A DNA stretch of 63,828 bases, filler included, from Rhabdomonas costata (lineage: Eukaryota), in NCBI GenBank assembly GCA_019059605.1. It is 52 parts of 52 records of this genome, joined end to end, with 100 filler letters (N's around TTAATTAATTAA, not from the genome) between each part and the next. Parts side by side here need not be neighbours in the genome. Positions count along the whole stretch, not along the records: positions 1 to 1,130 come from JAHMHO010027122.1; positions 1,231 to 2,360 come from JAHMHO010027123.1; positions 2,461 to 3,589 come from JAHMHO010027124.1; positions 3,690 to 4,819 come from JAHMHO010027125.1; positions 4,920 to 6,048 come from JAHMHO010027126.1; positions 6,149 to 7,278 come from JAHMHO010027127.1; positions 7,379 to 8,507 come from JAHMHO010027128.1; positions 8,608 to 9,737 come from JAHMHO010027129.1; 44 more parts are not named here. One strand, 5' to 3'. A program made the translations under genes and the position numbers. Shown in pieces: positions 1 through 11,168 of this stretch. Under the pieces are notes generated by a model, which was not told where the DNA came from, made no database searches, and saw only the letters and a program-made list of their open reading frames with translations. How positions within the stretch are numbered: position 1 is the stretch's first letter; every line of letters starts with the position of its first letter.

Positions 1-1303
1 TCAAAAAGGTGGAAACAACAGTCGACCCCACGCATTTACGAATTGGCCTGTGCGCGAAGCCCGGTATTCACCCGGGCTCCGCGATGCTGGAACCACAGGT
101 TTGCTGGAGCTGCATAATATTGCGCGCCGTCCTTCCCTGAGCTCAGAGGAAAATCAGCTTTCCAAATTCTGCACAGCTTCCTGCTCCCCAGTGGGAGTTT
201 CTATTTGCATTGTACTGGGAGGGAGGGTGTGTGATATCCGTGCGATGTCATGAACTGGGCTTTGTTTCCCCCATTTTCTCTTATTCGTCCGGGCAGGTGA
301 GAACTTGGGCTCTCGGGCTGCGCCCGCAGCTCTGCAGGCAACCTGACGACCACTTTCTTCCCGCACGGCCCCGCGGGCTGTACCAGCCTTTCATCTTGTA
401 ATGATGCAAATGCGCTCTGTTGTCCAGTAGTCAGCCGTTTTTGGCTGGTCTGGACTAAAGTGTGTGTGGGAGGTGTTGTATCTGTTGCAATGGTAGTCAT
501 GGGCGAGAACGCGGAGCAATTCTTCTGACGAATACGAGTGCGTACTTAATTGGCAATATGTGTGTTGTGTTTGCTTGTTGGAGGGTGCTCTCCACTATGC
601 TGAGAGCGTTGACAGAGATGAGTACAAGTCAAAATGCGCGGGCATTTGTGATGACCGCAACGTCTCGTACATATTTTTTTTTGCCGAAAGATGGGCGATG
701 TGCAGCTGGAGCAGATGACAAGGAACAGCACAGCAGTCGTCATGCAGCACAAATGATGCCCTTGTGAGCCCTTTCACTGTCCTCTTCTCTGGCGGCCGTT
801 TGAGAGGTTCCAAGCGAGAATAGGACATCTGAGTAGTCTGAAACTCAGCAAGACACTTTTATTTGCTGCTTGCTCCTACCATCACTGTGGAGTTGGCCAG
901 AAAAGTTAAACGACTTAGTCCACATATGTGGACTGAGACTTTATGGCGACAACAGAAATCGCTCCCTCTCAATTTGGTTCTGCAAATCCTTTGCTGGTGG
1001 TTTTTCCATTCATTCCGCGAAGTCAGTTGGCTTTGAATCGTTTATTTGCCCTACAACACATGAGGGGGGGCGGGGGCGGTAACGCCTCCTAACCCCAGGC
1101 ATCTTGCTGGGGGGCTCCGCCCCCCCACACNNNNNNNNNNNNNNNNNNNNNNNNNNNNNNNNNNNNNNNNNNNNTTAATTAATTAANNNNNNNNNNNNNN
1201 NNNNNNNNNNNNNNNNNNNNNNNNNNNNNNCCCTGAAATTTTTTTCAGTTGCCGCCTTTCTATTTATGCTGTGTGGTGCACGTTTGGACGTTTCAACACC
1301 CAA

Positions 1304-2360
1304 ATGAGCGCAGAGCAAGCAAGACTGCACAGCGATTCAGGTGATACCAGTGAGTGCCACTCCCCACACTATGGTGAGGACTTCGAAGACTCCGACGATA
1401 ACTTTGACCTGGATATTTCTCAGCTTCAAGGGGTCGCGTGCTCAATCCATTCCGAGAGGCAAAAGATAAAATCTGACTACAGCAACGACGCGTTTTGCTC
1501 TGAGGCGTCTTCGGATTGTTCAAACGACCGTTCTTCTGGAGCTCGGAGATCCAATGCACCTGCAACTTCAGGGACTGCTTCAGGGACCGCTGCTTCGCCC
1601 GTGTCCTCACTTGTGCTTCGCAAGAGTGGTTCTTCTTCTCCTTCTCAGGACTCACCTGGTGCTTTGTCGAAGGCAGGCGTCCTCGCTCCTGGGGGGCACC
1701 AGTCTTCATCCTCAAAGGTTCACTTTGAAGCAGCTCCTGGCGAGAAAAGCAGCAAGACGAACGTTGCCCCTGCTGTGGATCCTGTGCCAGTAGTTAAAGT
1801 GCGATTGATACAGTCTGGGGCTGAGCTTGATGTCGCCGCCTTGACAGACCCATCGTCCCCCCCACTCGCCTCGGCTTCCTCGATTTTTGCCTCAGCAATG
1901 ATTGGCCGAACAAAGCCCACAACGGTATCCGAGCGGCCCACCACGCACGATGTAGCATCCTTGGCTGAGAAGCGCTCAAGCCCCGATCGGCCCATCGCAG
2001 GGCAGTCGGGCGGAACACTCCCACCTGCGGCTTTGTCCTCAGCCTTTCGGGCGGTAGGCAAGGAAACGGCTGCTCCAAGTACGACACTTCCGGAATCTCC
2101 TGAGAAACCACCCGGCGCCTTATCCGCAGGCATTGGAGGAGGGTACTCAGGCGTCGCAGCGGCGGATGTCACATCCAACCATGTCTCGGCTTCTTCCATA
2201 TTTGCCTCTGCGGTGGGAGGCCGCGGAAAGCGTCCGGGGTCAAGTCCGCCCCCAGCCAGCCCTGGCATCCCCTTGTCTTCCGTGAGCTCCTCAAGCCCCG
2301 ATCGGCCCATCGCAGGGCCGTCGGACGGAAAATCCTCACCCACGGCTTCGACCCACAAAA
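1304..2360 (+). CDS. Ser/Ala/Pro-rich low-complexity protein with a 105-aa internal repeat (partial, 3' truncated)
   Basis: Open for >350 codons from ATG 1304. SASSIFASA and SSPDRPIAG each recur at a 315-nt period (1871/2186; 1976/2291). Confidence 0.75.
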
Positions 2361-2942
2361 NNNNNNNNNNNNNNNNNNNNNNNNNNNNNNNNNNNNNNNN
2401 NNNNTTAATTAATTAANNNNNNNNNNNNNNNNNNNNNNNNNNNNNNNNNNNNNNNNNNNNTGTTTTTGTGGGGAAAGAGGTTTCGGCGTGCTGCGGTATG
2501 CTGATTTCGCAAAGCGGGCGTGGGCAGTTAAGGTTGCTGAGGGACAACCTAATCAGTCCGACTAGATAGATGTGGAGCAAAAACGAAAGGGCCACCCGAA
2601 TGATGGTGCAACATTGTGTATCGCGAAAACTCACCCAAATCTCCAACTCTGCTGACGAGTTCTTCAGTGTCACACAAAGACAAACACCGCGGTCCGTCAA
2701 AGGCTCACGGGCACCTAAAATCCTAACCAAAAGAAGAAATTCCAGCTATCTTACAAAGGCGCAATAAACTACAGAAAAAACGCAGCAGCGGGTGTAATCT
2801 AAGGCGTAACCACACCTCTTCTGCAAGAAGAAGAGCAAATCATCTACAAGCCGAATGCCTAAAACGCACACCAACTCTTCAGTCACATTTGTCTCTGACG
2901 GGACACTGGGGCTGCCCGTCAGAGCCGCCTTGCTTTGGAGCT

Positions 2943-3212
2943 CTACTTCCTGGAAAGAGAGCCGCTGGAGACGTTGTGGGTGGGCTTCGGCGGGGTGTAG
3001 GGCTCAGGGGTGGCCGAGGCCGACCTGTCATGGGCAAGAATCTGCCGCTGGGCCATCAGCCCCTCGATCTCGTGCAGAGCCTGGGCCTTGGCCTCGGCGT
3101 AGATCGCCGCCTCGGTGGCCTCCGCGGAGAGCAACTCCCGGTGCCTCCCCAGAAGGTCCTGCTGCTGCAGCCGCACCGCGTCGATCTCTCTCAACAGGAT
3201 GGTCTTCTGGAG
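2943..3212 (-). CDS. exon of hypothetical coiled-coil protein
   Basis: CCCTAG| acceptor, then GC3-rich LQKTILLREIDAVRLQQQDLL...; the 3' end is uncertain. Confidence 0.55.
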   Translation of the reverse strand, partial: LQKTILLREIDAVRLQQQDLLGRHRELLSAEATEAAIYAEAKAQALHEIEGLMAQRQILAHDRSASATPEPYTPPKPTHNVSSGSLSRK

Positions 3213-3996
3213 CTAGGGCGGAAGCGCAACAAACCAAAAGCCCACACAAGGCGCGGGACAACAGTACAGGGCTCACGGGAAAAGAATGGGAATCAACGCA
3301 ATGCCCGTAAAAATGGCTTTGAACAAGGATTCAATGCAGGGGTGGGAAAAATGAGAATTGTGCGAAAAAGTGTGAATCAAGCCAAATTTTAAAGCGTTCG
3401 AAAATCCAAAGGAAAAATGCACATTTTGCAGGTTGCACTTTTTTTTCCAACTTTTTCCCTGCTCAATAGAGGGAGGAACGAAAGGGGGAGAGGGAGGGGG
3501 GCGGGAGGCACAACAATAAAGGCCACGCAATGAAGACGGGCCGTTCTCGAAATAATTGCACCGTTGCCTCCCGCAGCAGGAGGGAGCATNNNNNNNNNNN
3601 NNNNNNNNNNNNNNNNNNNNNNNNNNNNNNNNNTTAATTAATTAANNNNNNNNNNNNNNNNNNNNNNNNNNNNNNNNNNNNNNNNNNNNGTTGGGGTTGC
3701 GAGAGGAGAACCCTCACAACCCTTAAATGCACAACGCCTTACGTTAGGTGTATTCTGTGCTTGGACCGTGGAGGGACGCACAAAGCCGTCGCCCTTTTTT
3801 GGGGGCGCAATTAAAGCCGAGCCTTTTAAAGTTATGGTCGTGTGAAAGGTTCCCATTCGACTTTAACACATCCTGTGTGCTGTGAGAGTGCGCTTCCTAA
3901 AATCTCTAAGCTGTGAGAGCTTTTAATGGCTCGGGATGGTCCAATGATTTTTGCCTTTTGCCCTCTTCCTCTGTGGACGTGTTCCCATCTGCACAG

Positions 3997-4485
3997 TCAT
4001 CCGGGGGCCATCGGAGGCCGTTTGTATCGCGGCGAAGCAGCGGATAGACATCATCGTGGCGAAGGTCTGCTGCGCACCTTTGGTGTTTGACTCGTTGGAC
4101 TGCTTAAGGTCGTTAGATCCCCACCCTGTTTTTGCGCGGCCTTTCTGCGGCACAACCCTTTGTCCCTTCGCATTTATGTCCGCATGTACTTTGTGGGCAT
4201 TGCCTGTCTTGGCTGTGTTTATCGCTTTTTTAATGCACACGTTGATTTGAGCAGGTACCCTCCTCCGTTTTTGGTTTGCTTGTCTGAGGAAAGCAGCGTG
4301 GACGACGACACATGGATGGGCGGTTTGGAGAAGGGCGGATGCGAGCAGAAAGCATGGATCTAAATGAATGGAATCTATGGGCGAAATGAGGATTTTTTCT
4401 CTGCAGTCTGCGAAGATGGTGGACTACACTCACTTTATCAGCATACCGCTGACCTCTGCTCAGGCGACTGTGGCGAAGCTTTTGG
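3997..4485 (+). CDS. ASCC1: ASCC1-like (KH + 2H-phosphoesterase), two exons 3997-4064 and 4407-~4485
   Basis: Spliced peptide IRGPSEAVCIAAKQRIDIIVAK|SAKMVDYTHFISIPL matches the ASCC1 KH end and THF motif. GT-AG intron 4065-4406 is in frame. Confidence 0.75.
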
Positions 4486-4678
4486 GTTCCTGTGCACTCC
4501 CATCAGCCCCCCCCTCGCAGGCACACCCTTCCTTTGTGATTGAACTTCCTTGTTCAGTAAAAAGGAGGATGGACATTCATGTTTTTGTCTCGCGCTTTGG
4601 CTTCTTTTCTTTTTATCCCTCGAAACGTGTCCTTGCTTGTTGGTGCATCGTTGTATGCGCCGCAGATAGCATTGACAC

Positions 4679-4771
4679 TCGTTTCAGCGGGAGGTCGAAG
4701 GGCGTCGACCCCACCATCTCCAGGTTCACCGTGAGGAACTCCTCGATTTTCGCCACGTGGGCCTGGGCAGA
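4679..4771 (-). CDS. isolated exon, unknown protein
   Basis: CGCAG| ... |GTGTC boundaries, 93 nt, GC3-rich SAQAHVAKIEEFLTVNLEMVGSTPFDLPLKR. Confidence 0.45.
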
Positions 4772-7700
4772 CTGCGAGAAACCGCCGAAAACCAACACAC
4801 ACCACCCACACCCAACACANNNNNNNNNNNNNNNNNNNNNNNNNNNNNNNNNNNNNNNNNNNNTTAATTAATTAANNNNNNNNNNNNNNNNNNNNNNNNN
4901 NNNNNNNNNNNNNNNNNNNTGTGGGTGGGAAAAGGGTGGACAATAGTGTCCAGGTCGCACGAAAGGTCAAAACATACCCTTCCAGAAAACAATACACATA
5001 GTTCAGGAGTACCACGATCCCACCAAGTGCGGGCCCCTGGCGGAGGGCACGACCAATTACCCCGAAATGGGAGGGCAGGGGGAGTTTACCAAGAGAACAG
5101 GTTGAATTCTTGATACGTTGGAGCCCTCAACTTTACCTCGGTTGACCCCGGACGGCTTGTGCAGGGCGGGAGCATGAACTCCAATTTTTAAAGCAAGTTC
5201 TCCCGGCGCCCTGCGTTGGTGAGGGATCCTAGTACCAGCGACTCCCTTGTGCGGTTGCCGCAGGTATAAATACAGAATGCGTCATTCGGACGGAATCCCA
5301 TCCACCCCTCACATAGGACACTCCAACGAACAATAAGGCCCTTCGAGGGAACTCTTGAGAAAGGTCGGCGATAGCGGCAGACCTTTTCGCAATGGGTTCA
5401 GTAACTTTTGGCACCAGCTTTGAGCACACCAACCACGGAAGCTGTTTCGGCTTCTTTCCTCTTGCACGATACCATCGCCTCTGACGATTTCGCAGAAGGC
5501 AACCACACGCACGCACACGCACGCTTGCACTTGGGGCACCTACGGACGCTCGCGGAAGCACGGCAGAGGGGTCAAACGGTCGCAAAGGCTCTTTTCAGTT
5601 TACACACTTCTCTTCACTGTTCGCGTTTATCCCGCGTTCAGGCTGCGGTGGCAGTGGCCGTGGCCTGCGGATGGGCCACTCGGATCTTGGGGGCCTTGGC
5701 GTGCAGCTCCATCAAGTGGTACGCAAAGGCGTCCTCAATGACCTTAGAACCCATGTCACACCACAACGAGAGTGAGAAAGCATGAGTTACGGGAGTTCAG
5801 TCCCAGCCCACATCACAAACCAAACTACACCACTTCGAGGGGTGTCACGGGCGAAAGGACAGAATGACACCTTCCACCTCAGCTGGGCCCTGCTAAAAGC
5901 TTTGCAGGGGGGGGGGCGGTTCAGAAGCCGCGACATTGTCGAGCAGCACATCAGCTTACAAACACAAAGGGACAAAGCAATGCAAGCAAGCTGATACTGC
6001 GACGACTTTCAGTCAACCAACCGACAGTCCAACGATGGAAAAACCACCNNNNNNNNNNNNNNNNNNNNNNNNNNNNNNNNNNNNNNNNNNNNTTAATTAA
6101 TTAANNNNNNNNNNNNNNNNNNNNNNNNNNNNNNNNNNNNNNNNNNNNGGGGTGGTGTGTTCCGTTGGCAGGCAGAATCTATGAGCGGCAGAAGATGCGC
6201 CGCACCTCAATAAACATCAGACAAAATAAAAAGCAGAATGAAGAACAGAGTTCTCACTGGTGAGCACAGCTCGAAGTATAACTTACAGTTGGGTGAGCAC
6301 GATCGAACAATAAGGTTACTGCGCAGCTGAAGTCGAATCAGTCTCGTTTCGCCAAAGCAGCCAAAGCTCCAGTGCCGTGGATTAGCAGTGCACGTTTGCA
6401 GAATCGCAAGATGTTACCATTTGCAACCTCGAACCCCCTCCCCTCCCCACAAAGGCACGAGCACATCGCAAAGCACAAAAAGTGCTGAGAATGTGGATTG
6501 ACACCGCCAAACTCAAGCAGGAAAAGAAAGGAGAGAAGGAACTGCACGGGGCGCTGCCAACGGAATGAAGTGGGGATGGGATGGGAGAGGGAATGTGCCC
6601 AAGCAGTAAACGAACGCGCAATGAATGACGAGCGTAGGAGTTCGCCACAGGTATATACAATTCCAAAGGGACCAGCAGAGGAGAGAGAGAAGCATGGGGG
6701 CAGGGGCAGGTGCTAACTCTCTCGAGGGAAGGGGGACTTCCAAATGAGAAACTGAAGCATGTGGTGAGCGCGAGAAAAAGGAGGGTGTCCAGTCCAGTCA
6801 TAGAAAGGCCCCAAGAAGGGGATGAGTGGTGGAACCGATGCGCGGGAAGTAGCAGCGCTGAAATCACGAAACGCGGAGGGTGGAGGTCTGAAGGGCTTAC
6901 CCGACGACTCCATGAGAGTGACACCTTCCCTTACAACTTCCACCAACCTGCAGACCAGAAAATACTGACACACGGCGATTTGTATGCAATCCGGGATCCA
7001 GGCTAAACCATCCCCTAAACCCATCTAAGAACACATGAACCCCAAAACGAGGAAGACAGACCAGAAATACCGAACCACCATCACAGCTCGCAAACAAAAC
7101 GCACAGACTCAAACAAAGAAAACAGCGGGACGAGGGCGCAGTGCAAGCCCTGCAAATTACGCTTTTTGCAATGGCAAACCCGTCCGCGCGGAAAAAGCAG
7201 CACCATGCCAATCACGCCAAGCAAAGGCGTTCCAAGAGAACAGGATCTCCCACTCTGTGGACCCCCTGTTGCTTACAANNNNNNNNNNNNNNNNNNNNNN
7301 NNNNNNNNNNNNNNNNNNNNNNTTAATTAATTAANNNNNNNNNNNNNNNNNNNNNNNNNNNNNNNNNNNNNNNNNNNNTGTGTGGGTGGGGTGAAACCAC
7401 CGTCCTGGAGAACGGCGATGATGGTTGGTGCTAAGCAGATCACTAGAGGAGAAACTTCCCAGCGGGTGCGGAAACGTCCGATGTGGTGCAAGTACCTTGC
7501 GACTTTTCGACTGTCTTTCGCGCTGTCGTCATGAAGAGATTATCCAGTCTTTTGCATGCTTCAGTTTTCACTCGAGAGTTGTGATGGTTCTGCGTGGTGG
7601 TGCAATTAGATGGGCTCCTTCCCTCTTGTCTTCCTGCGTCGCACACGTGTATCAGCACAATTCCGAACATTTAAGTCCGTCAAAGATTGCAGAAAAATAT

Positions 7701-8169
7701 GGGGTAAACGATTTTGTGAAGAAAAAAAGGTGTCCCTTTGCTTCTACAACAAGCCCACCCTCCATTTCTTTGTGACGGGCGAGGAACATTGCACATCTTT
7801 GTGTACGGAAAACGAGCCAGAAGCTTTTGCAACAACCGAAGGAAAACCACACAAGAACATTTCATGGCTTCAATTCAGCACGGTGTTGCAATGCGGCGAG
7901 TCGAAGTAGCTGCTGAACTCCCTTCTCCCTTCTCCCTTGTGGGAAGCCAGGCTCCAGCAGTATGAACTTTTTGCTATTTTTGCTTGGTTCGCTGGGTTCC
8001 TCAATCAGACTCTTCCTGCCCTGTGCCTTGCCTTGGAGTAGTGTGCGATTTTCTTTTTTGTTTGATTCTTGATCCTCGTGGGAATCCCCATCTGGTGAGG
8101 CGTGAGGAGCAGAAGGCGTAGAGAGAGCGAGAGAAGCTCCCTCCCTCCCTCTCTTCACCCCTCACTGCA

Positions 8170-8286
8170 ATGAGTGGGAAGAAGGCGTCGTGGAACGCGG
8201 GCAACCCCTCTGTGAAGCGGATCCTTCGGGAGGCTGCGGAGCTAAGGCAGAACCCCTGCCGGGAGTTCGTGGCCTACCCCACTGAG
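8170..8286 (+). CDS. UBE2J1: ubiquitin-conjugating enzyme E2, UBC6/UBE2J1-like, first exon
   Basis: MSGKKASWNAGNPSVKRILREAAELRQNPCREFVAYPTE then GAG|GTAACC donor. The PxVKRxxxEAxEL start is typical of UBE2J1. Absent from the ORF track. Confidence 0.8.
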
Positions 8287-8648
8287 GTAACCAGAGATTC
8301 CTGAGAGAAAGAAACACTGGGTTCTGTTTCCTTCTCTCCATTTTTTTCGATTTCGTTTTCCTTGTTCTTTGGTCTTGGTCTTTTTTCTGTCCCCCGATGT
8401 TATTAATTTGGGCTCCATAAGAGAACGGTTGGTACCCAAAAAAAACCGTTCAGCTACTGCAATGCATTTGGGACGTGTGTGTGTGGGGGGCTGACAGGAG
8501 TCCGTGTNNNNNNNNNNNNNNNNNNNNNNNNNNNNNNNNNNNNNNNNNNNNTTAATTAATTAANNNNNNNNNNNNNNNNNNNNNNNNNNNNNNNNNNNNN
8601 NNNNNNNTGAAGAAGCTCACGGATGCGGTCGATCATTTAATCGTTTAG

Positions 8649-9661
8649 GTGAAAATCATGGATCGCGCCCTGCTCGAGCAGCAGCATTACATGCAGCAGG
8701 TGTTTGCAATTCTTTGATTTGCCCTTTCCGGGACCCTTGACTTGTTTACTTGTGCATATCCACTCACTTGCCCCACACAGCATTTTCTTTCAGAATCTTT
8801 CAGAATTTCCGTTCAGAATTGGAGTCTTGTTAAGGAGGAGTCTTGTTCAGGTTGTTCAGGGAGGATAAGAAACTCAGACTTAAGTCTGACGGGTTGTGTC
8901 AGGCCATCGCAGAGCCTTGTTTTGCAAACCATGTACCGCAGGTGGAGCAGGAGGTGGCCGTGCTGCGGGCGCTGGACCACCCCGGCGTGTCTGAATTGTA
9001 CGCCTTCTTCCAAGACCAGCAGAGGGTGTACCTCGTGCTGGAGTACTGCCCGCAAGGAACGCCCCTTTGCCTATGAGTCAGCGGAGCAGATAGAGAGCCA
9101 TGTTTTTGTGCTGGGTGGTGGCTCGTCTCATGTATATTTTTTGCGGTGCAAATAGTAGTAAGTTATATCCCGAAACTCAGAATTCAGTATGTTTCCAATT
9201 GAAAACTTGGCAACGCTATAAAATGTCGCCTGGTATGTATGCATACGATAACGTTTTTAACGTTTTCACATGCTACTGAGGCTGAAAGGTCGTATTCTGA
9301 GTTTACGGTGTAGTGTGCAATACTTAGTAAACGTTAGCATTTCGTTAAGGAAGTTGGGTTCCGGTTTCGAAGCCGTGGTCCTCTGTTATATTCGTCCCCT
9401 CGCGTCTCAGGTTTTATGAGCGCCGATTGTGGATGATGCGTTTACAGGTGACTTGTTCTCGGCGGTCCTGGAGTCGGGAAGCACTGTCAGTGTGGAATGG
9501 CTGCGGTTCTGCCTGAGTGAGCTGGTGTGTTATAACTCTTTGATCCCCAGAGTGCATCTGAATTACGCTGTTCTCTCATGCCCTTCTGGTTTTGCTGCAC
9601 GTTTCAGACGGTTGTGCTGCAGCACATTCACAACGCTGGCTACTACTACGGCGACCTCAAG
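8649..9661 (+). CDS. Ser/Thr protein kinase (AGC/PDK1-like), exons 8649-8699, 8942-9056, 9448-9524, 9608-9661
   Basis: Spliced VKIMDRALLEQQHYMQQ|VEQEVAVLRALDHPGVSELYAFFQDQQRVYLVLEYCPQ|GDLFSAV...LSEL|TVVLQHIHNAGYYYGDLK covers kinase subdomains II-VIb. Confidence 0.92.
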
Positions 9662-9961
9662 GTATCCCTCCACACACATACACACACACACCGTCCTCAC
9701 TTCCCCTTTAGGTCTGGGCTCCTGAGACAACAAAACANNNNNNNNNNNNNNNNNNNNNNNNNNNNNNNNNNNNNNNNNNNNTTAATTAATTAANNNNNNN
9801 NNNNNNNNNNNNNNNNNNNNNNNNNNNNNNNNNNNNNGTGCATTAAAGGCGGTTATGTGTGCGTTTCATCGCGTCTCCCTTGTCGCCTTGCCAGAAATAT
9901 TGTGTCACTCCGCACGCCTTGCTTTTTCTGCTTTTTGTGAAACGTCACGAACAACTAACAG

Positions 9962-10136
9962 GCTCTGCGGCAGGGGCTGACGAAGATGGAGCGCACGGGG
10001 GGAAACGTGTTCTTCCGAGCCCACCAGACCATCACCCGCAACACCACGGTGATCGACGGGGAGGTCGTGGTGACGTACTCCAACTACAACTACGTCGGGA
10101 TGTCTGGGGAGCCCTCTGTGTTGGGGGCGGCCATCG
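9962..10136 (+). CDS. exon of class II PLP-dependent enzyme (8-amino-7-oxononanoate synthase/SPT family)
   Basis: NVFFRAHQTITRNTTVIDGEVVVTYSNYNYVGMSGEPSVLGAAI fits the xSxYNYLGxxxxPxV N-terminal motif. AG/GT boundaries. Confidence 0.8.
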
Positions 10137-11071
10137 GTGCGCGCTGTGCACATGCCTCTGCGCTCTTCTTCGTGGCTGTGTGTAGGATGGGCCGTGTTGC
10201 GGTGTGCTGTGTTCTTTTGGTGGTGTCGATGACTGATGGCAGTGGTGGTGGTGGTAGTGGTTTTACCTGTGCTGGGAGGCATTGTGGTGCTTATCAAGCA
10301 CTGCAACCCAAGAGAGGCATGAGGCTTGAAACCGTGATCGGTTTAGAGGACCGCGGGGCATTTACTGTGGAGGCGGCAGTCATTCGAAATCACGTGAGGC
10401 GTACTTTGTGCTATATGCGGACGGTTCCTTATTATAACATTCCTTCATTCCCTTAACCAATACACGACGAAGAACACCAAAGTCACTGGAAGCAACCATA
10501 TCATCCCCCCCCCCGAATTTACAGCACTATCTCGGGCAAGTAATGCACCGTGGCATGCGACTTTCAATTTAACAGTTCAACAGGAATTTAACAGCCGTCT
10601 TCGGACATTAAAACGACCTTATGCATGTCATTAAGTTTCGCATTTGAGGTTCCATGGTCAGTTTTAAAAGAAGTGTCGTTTCAGCTCTGCCGTTCACTTT
10701 TAAGATGACCCACGCCATAGTATTCCACAGATTGTATCTTTTTTGGCCTTCTGCCGCTGTTTTTCTTGCCGGAACGCTGCTCTCTTCAAACTGTGCTATA
10801 AAGAAACCGTGGTAGAATGGGAGAATAGTTTTCACAGAAAGGAGGCAGGTCCATTTTTGCGGCTTCCTATCTGCCGCATGGGGTTGTGGCACGTTCACAT
10901 TCTTGGATACGTAGATACGTTTATGAGCATATGCATCCTTCGCGGCAGATGCCATCACCCGACCCCCNNNNNNNNNNNNNNNNNNNNNNNNNNNNNNNNN
11001 NNNNNNNNNNNTTAATTAATTAANNNNNNNNNNNNNNNNNNNNNNNNNNNNNNNNNNNNNNNNNNNNGTTG

Positions 11072-11168
11072 TGGGGGCTTCAGGGGGTACTCGTGGGGAA
11101 ACCTCAGGCGGATCTGGTATGAACCCCCCGAGTAGGGCGTGCCCGTGGGGCCTGTCAGCTCGGCGTAC
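11072..11168 (-). CDS. ubiquitin-conjugating enzyme E2 exon (truncated by contig end)
   Basis: YAELTGPTGTPYSGGSYQIRLRFPHEYPLKPP matches the UBC GPxxTPYxGG...FPxxYPxxPP motif. CACAG| acceptor. Confidence 0.92.

Noticed and set aside
1063-1130. GC-rich hairpin ggggggctccgcccccc at the end of contig 1
   Set aside because: It may be the start of a dispersed repeat, but it is truncated and single-copy in this window.
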